Assembly: GCA_010093605.1 (NCBI GenBank)
Contig: MU004184.1
Location: forward strand, 1,870,801-1,934,800
DNA: 64,000 nucleotides
Origin: Lophium mytilinum
Lineage: Eukaryota
Direction: 5' to 3'
Positions 49,119 to 61,700 of the stretch are shown piece by piece (within the stretch, counting starts at the first letter, position 1; each line of letters opens with the position of its first letter). Both the position numbers and the translations under genes were made by a program. A model generated the notes under the pieces. That model made no database searches. It worked only from the letters and a program-made list of their open reading frames with translations, and had not been told where the DNA came from.

Positions 49119-52100
49119 TTACACCAATGCCTTGTCCAGCTCCTTCTTCACAACAACGCTCTTCTCCTTCGCCAGTTCCTCCTTCAACTCGCTTCCCAAA
49201 TCCGTAATAGTCTTAGACGCGGCCACAGCTGCTTGCGCACGCCTAAGCCTACCTGCCTCGCTGAACCCTTCAAAACGGGGATCAAACAGCAATTTGACGA
49301 CGTAGTCCCTGACTTGCGCATCGTCAATCTGCGCGTGCAAGGGTGCGGCTGCGAGACGGTCGAACAGGGCCTTGATGGCGTCGAAGGAGGCGAGGTGGAT
49401 GTTGCGGGCGTGTGTACTCAATGCGCGGATGGCGAGCGGGAGGGTGGTTTTGAGAGAGTGGGTGAGATCTAGACGGCGTTAGCATGATGACTTAGGCGCG
49501 ATATTGGTATGTGAGCACTTACCGGTGCCCTCAAGAAGCCTAGGGTTGATACAGTCCATCAGCGCTTCCACCGCTGCTGCTAGAGTCTGCTCTTTGCTGT
49601 GTCGCGTATTAGTCAGGAATCGAGAGTTGTGGGAAACGGAAGGCGAACTCACATAGCAGCATTCCCCGCCGCTTCTCCGCCATCCACATCCATCTTGTCC
49701 TCATCATCCGTGTCTCCGATCAAATCCTCAACCACAGTCTTCACCACCCCTACCACTAGAGCGCTCCCCTCCTCATCCTCCCTCGCTTTCACCACCTTCC
49801 CCAACGCCTTGACCGCATGCGGCCTATACGTCACATTAACCCTCTTCGCCTCCCTAACCGCAATCTTCGACACCATCCCAGCCACCCGAGCATCCTCACC
49901 CCAAAGCTGCCGCCCGCGCTCCACAAACCTCACAAACGCTGCCAACACAACCTCTTTCCCCTCCCAAGTCTTCCCCGCCATCGCCTTCTCCAGCGCCGGC
50001 CACAGAATCGCAGCATTCGCCTTGCTAATCTCATCCGCCGCCGCCGCTGCCGCCGACGGCGAATCCGTCGTGATGCTCATAACCGCATCGGCGACCGCCC
50101 TCGCGCTCGCGTGCTTGAGGACCCACTTCGGGCTCTCCAGATGCTGGGACGCGAGCTTGACGATTTCGGGCAGGTAGAGCAGCACGCCCCTGCTGCCACC
50201 GACGTTGTCGGACCACGTGTCTGCGAAGAGCTTGGCGACGTCCTCGTTGCTGTCGTACTTGGCGACGAAGACGAAGGGGAGGATGGAGGCGGCGACGCCG
50301 GCGAAGCGGTCGGCGGCGTGCTTGGACATGGCGAGGACAATGTCGCCGGCTGCGAGGCGGGAGCGGTCGTCGTCGGAGGCGAAGTAGAGGGATTGCGTGA
50401 AAGCGATGGTGGAGAGAATTTGGGGGTCCGAGGCGAGGCGGGAGAGGTATCCTGCGGAGACGGCGTACGAGCTGGCGACAGTTTCGTTGCGGTCGTGGAT
50501 GCATTTCTGCACGAGGCGGAGGAAGGAGTCGGCGTAAGGCTTGAAAAGGAAGTTGTGGCGGGTGCTGAGGGTGACGAGAATGCGGGAGCAGCCGACTTTG
50601 CTGGGTAGTCCGACGGCGTTCTTGATCGCTGATTCAAGGTGAGATACTAGGGATTTAGTAGTTGAATCGTCAAGAAGGTCGAGGCAGCGCTCGATCGATT
50701 CGGTGAGCGGACTAGCACGCACGCTAGCAAGGCGCATGCCGTCGAGTTTTTGCTCCGTGAGGTTGTATTTAGCAGCGTTGAGATGGATGTAGTTGACTGC
50801 CTCCGGTTCTAGGGCGCTTAGGAGGCCCAGCAGTCGCTCAACGAGATCTGGGATGAATGGCCGTAGCGTCTTCCCATTGCTCTTTTTGATAATTTGGAGC
50901 AAGGTGTGGAGCGCGAATGCTCGAACTTCTTCTGCACTGGACTCAAGACCCGACGTGGATAGAAGGAAGGGTAAGACTCGTTCGAGCATTGCACTAGCAT
51001 TCTTCGTGGAGGAATCGCCTGCTTCGAGACTTCGTGTGAGGATGCCGGTCAACACACGTGCAAGGGAAGCTGCTGCTGCCCGAACGGACTCTTTGATATC
51101 GTCGAGGACCTTAAAGCACTTATCCCATATCTGGTCAAGGTATTTCTCGTACTGGGCATACGTTAGCAAGCGGCCGCGTGAATTCATAGAGGCATGCGGT
51201 ACTTTCTCGAGATTCCTTCCTTGAACTAGGTCAGCAACAGCTGCACAACAAGCCTGCCGAACACGCCATTCCTTTGTCAGAATGCTTTCCAGAAGATCCG
51301 TCATGATAGCATCAAAGTGTTGGTCGATAGTAGCCGAAGAATCTTTCACGAGAGCGTTCCAAATATCCGTCATGGAGCGTTGGACGTTCGGGTTGGGATC
51401 AAATCTAAGATAGGTTAGCACAAGTTCAAGTGTGGTCCCAGAGCTTCTTACTTGTAGCGGTAAAGCTTGGGATAAAGCTTAGGGTTCTCTGCTAGGTAGC
51501 CGTCGACGCTTGAGTCAGAAAGGACATTGCTAAGACCAAACCGTCCAAAGGCAGCGCGGCTCGACCAGATGGAATTATTAGCAGCCAGCGACATGAATCT
51601 GTATACAAGACTAGAGTCTCCGACTTCTGACGCTAAACTCAGAATGTCTTTGTATGTTGTAATAGAACCATCTCCTGTCGGCAATGCTCCTGGCTCGAAA
51701 AGTTGTGTATCTGCGGTGACACTGCCGGCCATCTTCGATCTATTGTCCGAGAAAGAACCCACGAGATCCCGGACTAGGTCGTCTTTCAGGTCTCGATCTC
51801 CTTTCTCATAAACGAGTCCGAGACCTCTCGATGCGGCTTCCTGTACGACCTCATCTCTGTCTGAAAGGCACAGCTTGAAAGCAGTTTGACATTCCGGCAG
51901 ATGTTGCTGTATTTCCGGACGATGGCCACAGAACTGGAGAAGACATAGCAGCCATATCACAGATGCTTTTTTCAAACTTGGCTTCGAATTGCGACAGCCT
52001 AGCAATGTCTTTTCAAGCACTGTACCCAGCGTTGTCTTCCTCTCTGGACTGTGTGGTGTATCCAGAGCGTCGTCCCATTCTTGTCGATTCTGTGTAGGAT

Positions 52101-55100
52101 TCTCAATGTCGACAGCCGCAGCTAGCGCTTTTGAATCCCATCCGCATGCCAAACAACTGTAAGCTTCTCCGACCGAGAACTGAACTTCAGACTGCCGCAC
52201 TTCATGAAGGCTGTAGAGCTTCTCTTCCACATAGTGGAGGTCTGACTTCTCTACGTCATCTCCAGCCTTCTCTTCTGCTATCATACCAAAATGTCCAAGG
52301 GCTAAAATAGCATTGGCTTTCCCAGATTTTGCAGTATCGTAGATCTTTTCGGCAACCTCGACGAAAGGCATGTATTCGCTAACAATGTCAGGCGTAAGGA
52401 CTTGGAAAAGGCTGAGTTGATCAATGCTAAGGTGAGAGGCTTCTTTCAAAGTGGCATCAGTAGCGCCTTTCAGCATGTCAAATAGCGTCCGGAGGTATGT
52501 CGAAAGTAGCGCCTTCGTCTCTTCGGTGGTTGATTGACGCCACTGAAGTCTGCTGAAATAATAGGATAAAGCTAGAGCTGCCCCGCTTGCCTTGTTCAGG
52601 TCTCCACCAATAGCTTCGTTCCAGACTTGCATCTTACCAAGCATCGTTGTTAGGGACGTTGATCTTTCTATTTTGTTGCAAGATTGGTGTGATACTAGCA
52701 ACCCATAAGCATGGGATGCTGCGCCTCGTCTAGCAGAGTTGTTCGAGAGTATGGAAGGTTCAAGAGAGCGGAAGTCTGCTATTAAACCTGCTTGTGTCCA
52801 AATATTCTCGGGACACAACGAGCAAAGATCGATGAATGTATCTCCGAGCGGACCAATATCTGTAGTGTCATCTTTGATAACTTCTTCAAATGCAGCTCTT
52901 AATACAATCGCAAGCGATACCGAGTGCTGAGGGTCGCTAGTATAAGCTCTTACTGCTTGACGCGCCCGTTGGTCCGTGGAGACTGTAATCTCGAGCTTCC
53001 TTTCCCACTCCGTGGAGGTTTCTATTAAGATATTCTTCTCTTCAAGCGACTTCTGCATCAGAACTTGGCAACAGAACTTAACGGCTGTTGGGAATGCATC
53101 CCCGAAGCGAGTCCTAAAATTCTTTACACGATGAAGAACTTGCGGCTCGTCGCCCTCGTCCATTTCGACATCTTCGGATTCGTGACGTTGGTCGAAGATG
53201 TACTCCACAAGCCCATCGAAATCAGGGAACGAGAAACGATCCCTGGCAGCGTTTCCCGTGACGATCTCTGACGAGACGTTGGGTGTAGCGTTTAGCATTC
53301 GATACCAGTATGGGTCGAGGCCTTTCTTTCCCTCTTCAACAACCTCATGCTTCTCCTTGTCAGCGCCGCTTGTGGCCAATATGTCAATCCACCTCGCGAG
53401 AACATCGTGGAAAGGTAGGCATCGGTTTGCGAAACGAGCAGCCACATAACGCGTGCTTCTAAAGGTCTTCCGAGCATCTGAATAGTCGCCAGTGGGAGCT
53501 TGTGCTTTGCTTGGGTGATCCAGTAATGTATACTTCAATAGTATCTGTCTGAACTCAGACCTTGCATCCTGATCCTCAAGCGGTGTGGTAAAGGCTCCTA
53601 GAACCGACGAGAGTGCTTCCTCGATGCTGACTGCAACGTCCTTTCCAGAAGTATCCTCTCTCAAAGACCGAAACAGCCAGTCTAGTAAGCCGACCGTGGG
53701 TTCGATGAGAGTGTGTTCTGGCGCGGCTTTGGCAAGAAGCCCAATCGTTTCGAAGCCGTAACCGCGGAGCTCTAGGTCCTCGTCCCTGTTCGGAGTGGGC
53801 CAGCCTTGATCTTCGATAAAAGACTTTAGGTTTTGAACCAGGCCTGGGGCTACGGTGGAGATGTCCTTGCCGGCACCATGGCGCGCAACGAAATTGACTA
53901 GCAAAAAGATTGCAGAGCGAAATTTGGAGGCTTCTCTGCCAGTTGAACGAGAAGCGGTAGCATCGTAGCTTGAAATAAGACCTTCTTCCACTATCCTGCT
54001 GATCTCTTTAGGAAACGTGGTTGAAGCCACGGATTTCGAGAGTAGCCCCAAGATCTTGATCTTCAGTGGAATACCGACTGATGGGGGCCCACCGGAAGTT
54101 GAGCTGGGGTAACTGTTAGTTGTTTTATTGATATGCAGCCGAAATGCCGGAAGAAAGATATACATACGATCCGAAATACACATTCAGTAAGCTCTGCACG
54201 ACTTCACGGTCCTCTAGATCTGTCACCGGCAATACCCGCTTGAGTATATCATCCCCGACATCAGATATTCGGGAGTTCGTATCGGCAGAAGCAAAAAGTG
54301 CTGGTAAGAATCGCTCTCTGTCGGCGAACATGCCACTCGCTAAGAACTTCGAGGTAATAACCTTAGTTTCCGGTAGATTTAGTCCCCCGTCAGCTGTGGG
54401 ATTCCACGCATCGGGTTTTCCTTGAACAGTAAGGAATTTGTATTCTTCAGCTGCTACCCCTGGGCAGCTAACGTTGGCTGCCAGCTCGTCACCCCGCTGT
54501 CTAACGATACTCAGTAGGACGAGTTTGCCGAACCAGAAAGAGAGGAACTTGGTGTCCTCATCGTCAACACCTAGAGATTTCCGCAACTCATCATCTTCTT
54601 TTCCACCTCTTGGGGGTAGTTTGAAGTAGCTAAGCAGGCGCAAAAGTAGGTGAAACAGCTGCGATCCATGCTGAGGAGACTTGGAGTAGTCGAGGGCAAT
54701 GCCACGCGTCAAGATAGGGAGAAGTTCGAGCCTTTCGGCAATCGGCAGACGCGAAATACCCTGTTGAATGTACAGGAGATCGAAATGGCGGATCAAGGGG
54801 ACATCTGGGTTCTCCTTGAACTGTTTCAAGAGGGCTTCAACTGGAAGTTTAATATGCCTGCAAGAATGTCAGATCATCCACTCCTCGGATCACTTCAAGT
54901 ATATTTGATAGAGGAGCATACTGTGGCTTGATTCGTGTATTGACGTGTTGGCAGATAGAGATGACCTAGAAATGAAAAGCGCCATCAGCGGCGTCCTTGT
55001 ATCGTTTGAGACTTGAAAGAGTATGCTGGTCAACCGCATAGGCCAAGAAAGTAGGGGATTTGAAGAAGCCGGTGAGGGTCGATGCTACTTACCTTGTTCC

Positions 55101-55269
55101 TGACGCTCACATTTGGCGAGGCCAGTTTCAGCAACAGGGGAGCAAGGTAAGTCTTCAGTATTGTCTCTAGCTTCGCGTCTGTATCGGTCAAAGCTATGCG
55201 CATTTCAACTTTGCCAACCAAGGCAAGCTCCTTGGCCTCGGGCGAGTCGGGATTTGAGGCTGAAGCCAT
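49119..55269 (-). CDS. ECM29: Proteasome adaptor/scaffold Ecm29 (HEAT repeats), multi-exon
   Basis: KELALVGKVEMRIAL..LAPLLLKLASP, LYPKLYRY|RFDPN, EWRVRQACCAAVADL, VLDDIKESVR, GLPSKVGCSR, GKTWEGKE. Confidence 0.95.
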
Positions 55270-55962
55270 TTTAGTGGCAGTAAGGCAGCCTTCACGCTCG
55301 ATTCAAGCGCAAAGATGCCTGGGACAAGGCACACACGAGAGAGAGAGGCTTCAAATATCAAGTCATGGAGGCAGGCAGGTATTGGTGGCGTGGCTGATGA
55401 TGGCGAGTGTCTGCCTTCGAAGTCGAGATCTGGCACGGGGAAAGGAGCGTATATGCTCAGAGCCGCCAGGAATCGACGGAGGCGGGCTGCTTACACTCTT
55501 CACTTGCCACCCGATCCGGTGCTGCGGCGTTTGTGTTTGTCCAGCGGCGCGTGTCCTGGTGTAATAAATTCACGTCTTGACGTTGGGCCCCTGCTTAGCT
55601 CGAAGGCACCGCCGTGACGCACGCCAGGACGCTTTCACCACCAGGGACCACCACTTACCTGCGCGACCACAAGACACATTCACCCTCTCACCCTGCTACC
55701 TACCGTCGCCTAATGCTAGGTGCACCCCGACGTTCACCGCCGCCGCCTATGTCTATGTCAACTACTTCAGTGCCCGGCCCTTAGCTGAGTTTGAGGAAGC
55801 CCACAAACGCCACCCACACACAACCCCACCAAGAAGGTTGCTGTCGCTGTCTCGACCGGCAATCCCCCACCACATTACCACCTCTGCCAGCTCCGAGACC
55901 TACATATTAGTTGCCCGTGTCGAGACCCCCCGTCAAGCCCTCGGAGAACTCCACAAGTCAAC

Positions 55963-57618
55963 ATGGACGGCCTCATTGCAGACTTCGTGAGCTTCACCCA
56001 GGCCAGTCCTGAGCGTGCAGCCCAGTATCTGCATCTTGCCGATAACAACCTCGAGCAAGCTATAGAACTCTTCTTCGAAAGCCCCAACCTGGACCTGGGG
56101 ACTACGACTACAGCCCAGCCAGCATCAAGCACAGCACCACAGCCAGCAGCAAATGCGACGAATCCAGCTCGCCCGGATCTCATCAACCTCGACTCTGATG
56201 ACGAGGACATAATGGACTTCGGCGCCGACTCGGACAATGCCACATCTGCACCAGCAGCAGGATCGCACCCAGCCATTGCTGCGGAATCAGGATACGAGAG
56301 CGACGAAGCCATGGCCCGTCGGCTGCAAGAGGAGATGTATGGGGCAGGGGCAGCTACAGAAGACATCCGAGCACCTATGGCTAGGACGACAGAGACCCTC
56401 GTTGGCCCTGGCGCAACCTGGACTCCCGCAGATGATGATATGGATGCCATGGTTGCGGAACAGATGGCTGCTCGCCGACGCCCTGGTAGGCAACACGGCG
56501 AAACCCCATTTATCCACATACTAACAACATCGCTAGGACGACCGGGAATCTTCAACCAGCGACCAATACAGCCCTCAGTTTGGGACCACGATAGCGGCGA
56601 TCCAACTGCTCGCCGACGTGATCTCTCTTTAGCTACGGCCGGAGCTTCAGATTCCTCAACGAAGTCGAGCCTGTTGGCCGAGATGTACCGACCACCTTTC
56701 GAGCTGATGTGCCAACTACCCTGGGACGATGCACGAGACGAAGGCAAAGACAGCGAGAAATGGCTATTGGTGAACATTCAGGACCCAGCAATCTTCGATT
56801 GCCAAGTGCTCAACCGTGATATCTGGAAGAACGATCAGGTCAAAGACACAGTGAAGGAGAACTTTCTGTTCATGCAGTACGCGAAGGACGACCCCCGTGG
56901 CAACAAGTACATCCAGTACTACTTTCATGCCCGGGATAGCGGAGATGCTTATCCCCATATCGCGATTGTGGATCCTCGAACGGGCGAGCAGGTCAAGGTT
57001 TGGTCTGGACCTCCAGTACCGAAGCCTATGGATTTTCTTATGCAGCTTCACGAGTTTCTTGACCGCTACAGCTTGAAGGCCAACGCTCGCAACCCCGTCG
57101 CAAATCGCAAACCAGAGCGCAAGAAGATGGACGTAAACCGGATGACAGAGGAGGAGATGCTAGAAATGGCTTTGCAAAACAGCATAGACAATGCCACGGG
57201 CCCGAAGGACGATGATCCTGATGCACTCACCAAGGCACCGGAAGGCAAGGGCAAGGGCAAGGCTGTTGAGGACGACACAACGGAACCAGCAGAACCTGTT
57301 GCGTCAGATTCTGTATTTTCACAGATATCTACCACCAGTCTACATTCTGAGCCTCAGCCTGGTCCCACTATTACCCGAATTCAGTTCAGGGACTCCAACG
57401 GCAAGAGGCAGGTTCGCCGATTCGACGTTTCTGACCCCGTTCGGAGGTTGTACGAGTGGCTGAAGGCTACACCATGGGAAGAGGACAAGGCAGGCGTAGA
57501 GTTCGAGCTTATCTTCATGGGCAAGAATCTCGTTGATGGGCTGGACAAGACGGTTCAAGAAGCAGGGCTGAAGAACGGCAGTGTCAATGTGGAGTTTGTT
57601 GGTCAATCTGACGAGTAG
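55963..57618 (+). CDS. UBX5: UBX-domain Cdc48/p97 cofactor (UBA-like, UAS, UIM, UBX; Ubx5/UBXN7-like); probable intron 56486-56536
   Basis: UBA-like start (AAQYL..NNLEQAIELFF), YRPPFELM, KWLLVNIQD..FDCQVLNRDIW, UIM TEEEMLEMALQNS, UBX TRIQFR..VRRF..LYEWL..AGLKNG. Confidence 0.9.
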   Translation: MDGLIADFVSFTQASPERAAQYLHLADNNLEQAIELFFESPNLDLGTTTTAQPASSTAPQPAANATNPARPDLINLDSDDEDIMDFGADSDNATSAPAAGSHPAIAAESGYESDEAMARRLQEEMYGAGAATEDIRAPMARTTETLVGPGATWTPADDDMDAMVAEQMAARRRPGRQHGETPFIHILTTSLGRPGIFNQRPIQPSVWDHDSGDPTARRRDLSLATAGASDSSTKSSLLAEMYRPPFELMCQLPWDDARDEGKDSEKWLLVNIQDPAIFDCQVLNRDIWKNDQVKDTVKENFLFMQYAKDDPRGNKYIQYYFHARDSGDAYPHIAIVDPRTGEQVKVWSGPPVPKPMDFLMQLHEFLDRYSLKANARNPVANRKPERKKMDVNRMTEEEMLEMALQNSIDNATGPKDDDPDALTKAPEGKGKGKAVEDDTTEPAEPVASDSVFSQISTTSLHSEPQPGPTITRIQFRDSNGKRQVRRFDVSDPVRRLYEWLKATPWEEDKAGVEFELIFMGKNLVDGLDKTVQEAGLKNGSVNVEFVGQSDE

Positions 57619-58272
57619 AGAGCTGCGTTTGGCGAGCATATTCGCGGCGTTTCTGGTGTGGCATCAAGAGCGTAAAGCATTCACGGACTCAACGGAGGAC
57701 AGCAATGGGAATCATTGCTCTGATGAATGCATGAAATGCGCGGATTTCGGAGTGCGGTGCCCTACAGGTTTGGGGGTTTGCATCACTAGATTGCCTGTCG
57801 ATTAGTAGGCTAAGCCAAGTGGTGATATCTATGATATCTTGGCTCCAAATTATCACATCTATCCCTAATACTCAAGTTCCAAGCAGACCAATGTCGGTTG
57901 TCAAATGTATTCGCTTGATTGTGTAATGCGCTTGGGCCACCTGACACATAAGTCTCGGCCTCATCGTACCAAACTTACCTTCTCCCACGCATCCAATCTA
58001 CAAACAATGATAGCAACCAATCTCACAGCAGCTATGATGTCCATGATAACCCTCGCTTCTGTGCCCCTTGGTACACTATCAGGTGTTCCGCTCTCGCAGC
58101 AGTCTGACGCTACTCTTGGTATAATTGCGTTATGCTCATCCCGCGCACAGAAGTCTTGGAACACTCTTGGAGTATCCCACTCACATGCATCCCAATCGTA
58201 CTAAATAGCAGCATCACTTGCATGTCATCTTTCCATATTTCATTCCCTCAAACTTTCTTCGTCGTCAACAAA

Positions 58273-60349
58273 ATGTCTTACTGGGGCCGCGAAGAGGTTA
58301 AAGATAACAGCCATGTGGACACCGAAGCTCAGGGAGATAGCGAGCATAGTCAAGATAGACAGCAGACAGGCGAGTCTGCACCATTGCATCGGAAGTTGAA
58401 GAGCAGGCATCTGCAAATGATCGCCATTGGAGGTCTGTACCCCTTACAAGCGGGTTTCTGCCAGCGTCTTACACCAGCTACAGCTCTATGACTTCGTACT
58501 TATAGACTTCGAATGCTCACCTTTCTCAACAGGTATCATTGGCCCCGGTCTCCTGGTAGGCTCTGGGAATGCCTTGCACCTTGCCGGCCCGGCGGGCATC
58601 CTGATCAGCTTTTGCCTTGTTGGAATTATTGTATTCTTTGTCATGTAAGCTGAGTTCTGTTCTACTACACACGTGTTTCAAAATATATCTGTAAACCTTG
58701 CTGGTGCTGCCATGGAAGATACGCTGCCGGTACTACAACCACGTGCTAATATATTTCTGATTCAGGCAGTCACTGGGAGAGCTTGCAACTTTGATGCCGG
58801 TCAGTGGATCATTTACTGAATATGCTGCTCGCTTCGTGGACGAGGCACTGGCATTCGCCTTAGGCTGGGCTTACTGGTACCTCTGGGTCACGTATGTCTC
58901 ACCCTGTTTCTCATGCCAACAGCTACTAAGTGGAAAAGGGTCCTGGCGAATGAGTACAATGCGATATCTCTCGTAGTCATGTACTGGACCGAAGTCGTCC
59001 CCCAATGGGCCTGGATTCTGATCTTCTGGGTCATTTTCTTGAGCTTCTCCGCACTCGGAGTCTTGGCATACGGCGAAGTTGAGTTTTGGTTATCTTTGTG
59101 AGTTCTCTAGCTTTTTCATCGATCTCTTGGCGTGTCATGAGCCAACAGCCTCTAGAATCAAGGTTCTTTCTATTTCAGTTTTCTTCATCATCGCTATAGC
59201 TATTTCGGCGGGTGGCATAGGCCCGCAAAAGATTGGCTTCAAGTATTGGCACAACCCTGGCGCTTTTGCGGACGGCATCAACGGAGTTGCAAAAACGTTC
59301 GTCATAGCTGGAACATTGTATGCTGGAACTGAAATGTGAGTACCGTACTCTATTCGTGACTTGTGTTGGAGACTAACTAGATGCAGGGTCGGCATCACTT
59401 CTGGAGAATCGGCGAATCCCTCCAAGGCGGTCCCTCGAGCTATTCGGCAAGTGTTCTGGCGCATTCTGATCTTCTATGTCGGAATGATGTTCTTCATTGG
59501 GGTTCTCATTCCATACGATGATAAGAGGCTTCTCGCGTCCGGATCTCGTACGGCAAGATCACCGTTGACAATTGCACTTGCGGACGCGCGAATTGCTCCC
59601 GCGGCGCACTTAGTCAACGCGCTTATTGTTGTATCCGTCCTGTCGGCCGGAAATTCGTCGCTCTATGTTGCATCCAGGACGATTACGCACATGGCTCGAA
59701 ACGGGATGGCGCCAAAGATTCTAGGGAAAGTGAACAGCAAAGGAGTACCTTGGGTCGCGTTGTTATTTACCAACGTATTTGCTTGCATCGCTTTCCTCTC
59801 GCAGTCAGCTAGTGCAGGAAAGCTGTACTCTGCATTGATTACGCTGTCTGGAGGTATAAATGCAACTCTCTCCTGCAGGTCTTTACACTGACATGCCGTA
59901 GTTGCCACTTTCATCGTCTGGGGTACGATCGAACTTGTCCACATTCGATTCCGCAAGGCATTAGAAGTACAGGGCCAAAGCATCGAAGATCTACCGTTCA
60001 AAGCTCAATGGTATCCTTGGGGCACATACGCCTGCGTAGGTGCGAACGTGTTTTTGATCTTCTTCCAAGGTACGAAGTTAGCCCTGATTTCTAGGATCGC
60101 TACTCACAAGGCGTTTTAGGCTACACGGCATTTCTGAACCCATGCAACTCTACCGACTTTGTCGTGAACTACATACTCCTCCCGGTTTTTCTCCTTTTAT
60201 ACGTGGTTTGGAAGTTCTGGCACAAAACAAAGCTCGTCAAGCTCTCCGAGATGGACACCTGGAGCGGGCGTCGGGACCCTCTCGTGGAGAATACAAACAA
60301 AACGAAGCCGTCTCTCATACATCGCGTAAAGAACGTCGTTATTGGATAG
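58273..60349 (+). CDS. Amino acid permease (APC superfamily, YAT family), multi-exon
   Basis: LHRKLKSRHLQMIAIGG|IIGPGLLVGSG, SLGELAT, YGEVEFW, YAGTE, GESANP..VPRAIRQVFWRI, GNSSLYVASR. Confidence 0.93.
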
Positions 60350-60862
60350 CCATACGTCGCGAACGCTCTGCAAGGGAGTCGATACAGGACTGTAAGAAAG
60401 TTCACTGTAGTCACGAGCAGCGGAGGAATCCGTTGGCCCCCACCTAGGACGCAATTTACTTACCAACGCCACCTCGCAGCCCAATCGTGCCCGCCTCGTT
60501 GTGTCGCTTTCACTGCATCGTGATAGGCCCGTGCAGCCCATTTCTCCGCGTCTGAGGCGTTGCCAAGAAAGCTTCCTCGTATTTCAGCTGGTCCAGGCTC
60601 AAGCTCTGCACAACGCTCCCTACATTTTGGAGCCCTTATCAGGATTAACCCTACTTTTGAGGGCTGTCCTGCATACACGGCTCGTGTTCATGAAACGATC
60701 CTGTGAGGTGTGCCGTCCGTGTGCTTTCGCGCCCTGCATATAACATGGCTAGCTCGTCGCTCTCCGCTAGCTTTTTGGTCGACCTTGGTGTTCATCTGTT
60801 GTTGTTAAACGAAGACGCTACTTTTATCGTTAAGGCGAATCCTCAAACTGTACCCGCTCATC

Positions 60863-61700
60863 ATGCATCTCCGGTGTCTCTCTAACTCAAAGCCCCTCTC
60901 GATTCTCTTTGCAACCACGATTCTCCTCAACACAATATTCGCAGACCACGGCCGCCATCCCATCGTCACCCCAGCAGCCCTCCTCGCCCCGAAGCGACAA
61001 GCAGAAACATGCGTCGAAGCAACCGACACCCTCTGCGCCGACGGCCTGGGGTGCTGTCCGATGGGCAAGTCCAACTCCACTCCCAATACCGCCACCACCA
61101 CCACCACCACCATCCCTCAACTACTAACCATCAAACCCAACAGGTGAACCCTGCACCTACACCAGCGTCACCATCCCCATCTGCGCCGGCAGCTGCAACG
61201 CCGCCTCCGTCTTCTGCGAGGGCGCCTACTCCAACGTCTGCTGCGAGGCCGGCAGCTCCTGCGACTACGCCAGCTCCGGCCTCTGCACCGCGGGGCTGTT
61301 CCAGTTCTCGAGCTTCTCGGCGGCGCCGAGCATCGCCGTGCCGTCGCTGACGGTGCCGAGTATCATCGTGCCGAGCCTGACGGTGCCGAGTTTCTCGTAC
61401 CCGTCGCTCTCGCTGCCGTCGGTGCCGTCGTTCACGCCGTTTGCCCCGACTGCGACGGAGCAGTTCACGGCGTCGCCGAAGACGCCGGATGAGACGGTGG
61501 AGACTACGGTGGGCGAGACTACGGGGACAGCTTCTGAGTCAGCGGCGATAGCGCCGACTAAGGCGTACACTGGGGGGGATGATTCGACGTCGACGGTCGT
61601 TGTGCAGTCGACGGGGGTGGCGCCGGATGGGCCGAGGGGGTTGGGGAAGGGGTTGCTGGAGGTTCTGGTTGGGGGAATTGGATTGCTGATTGGTTTGTAG
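60863..61700 (+). CDS. Small secreted Cys-rich, Ser/Thr/Pro-rich, probably GPI-anchored protein; GC-AG intron 61065-61143
   Basis: Hydrophobic leader, KR site, Cys-rich domain (CADGLGCCPMG-EPC..VCCEAGSSC), VPSxx repeats, hydrophobic C-terminus LLEVLVGGIGLLIGL. Confidence 0.8.

Noticed and set aside
49817..50608. 263-aa plus-strand ORF (and overlapping ORFs)
   Set aside because: Antisense to the GC-rich end of ECM29.
55875..56777. 300-aa minus-strand ORF
   Set aside because: Antisense to UBX5.
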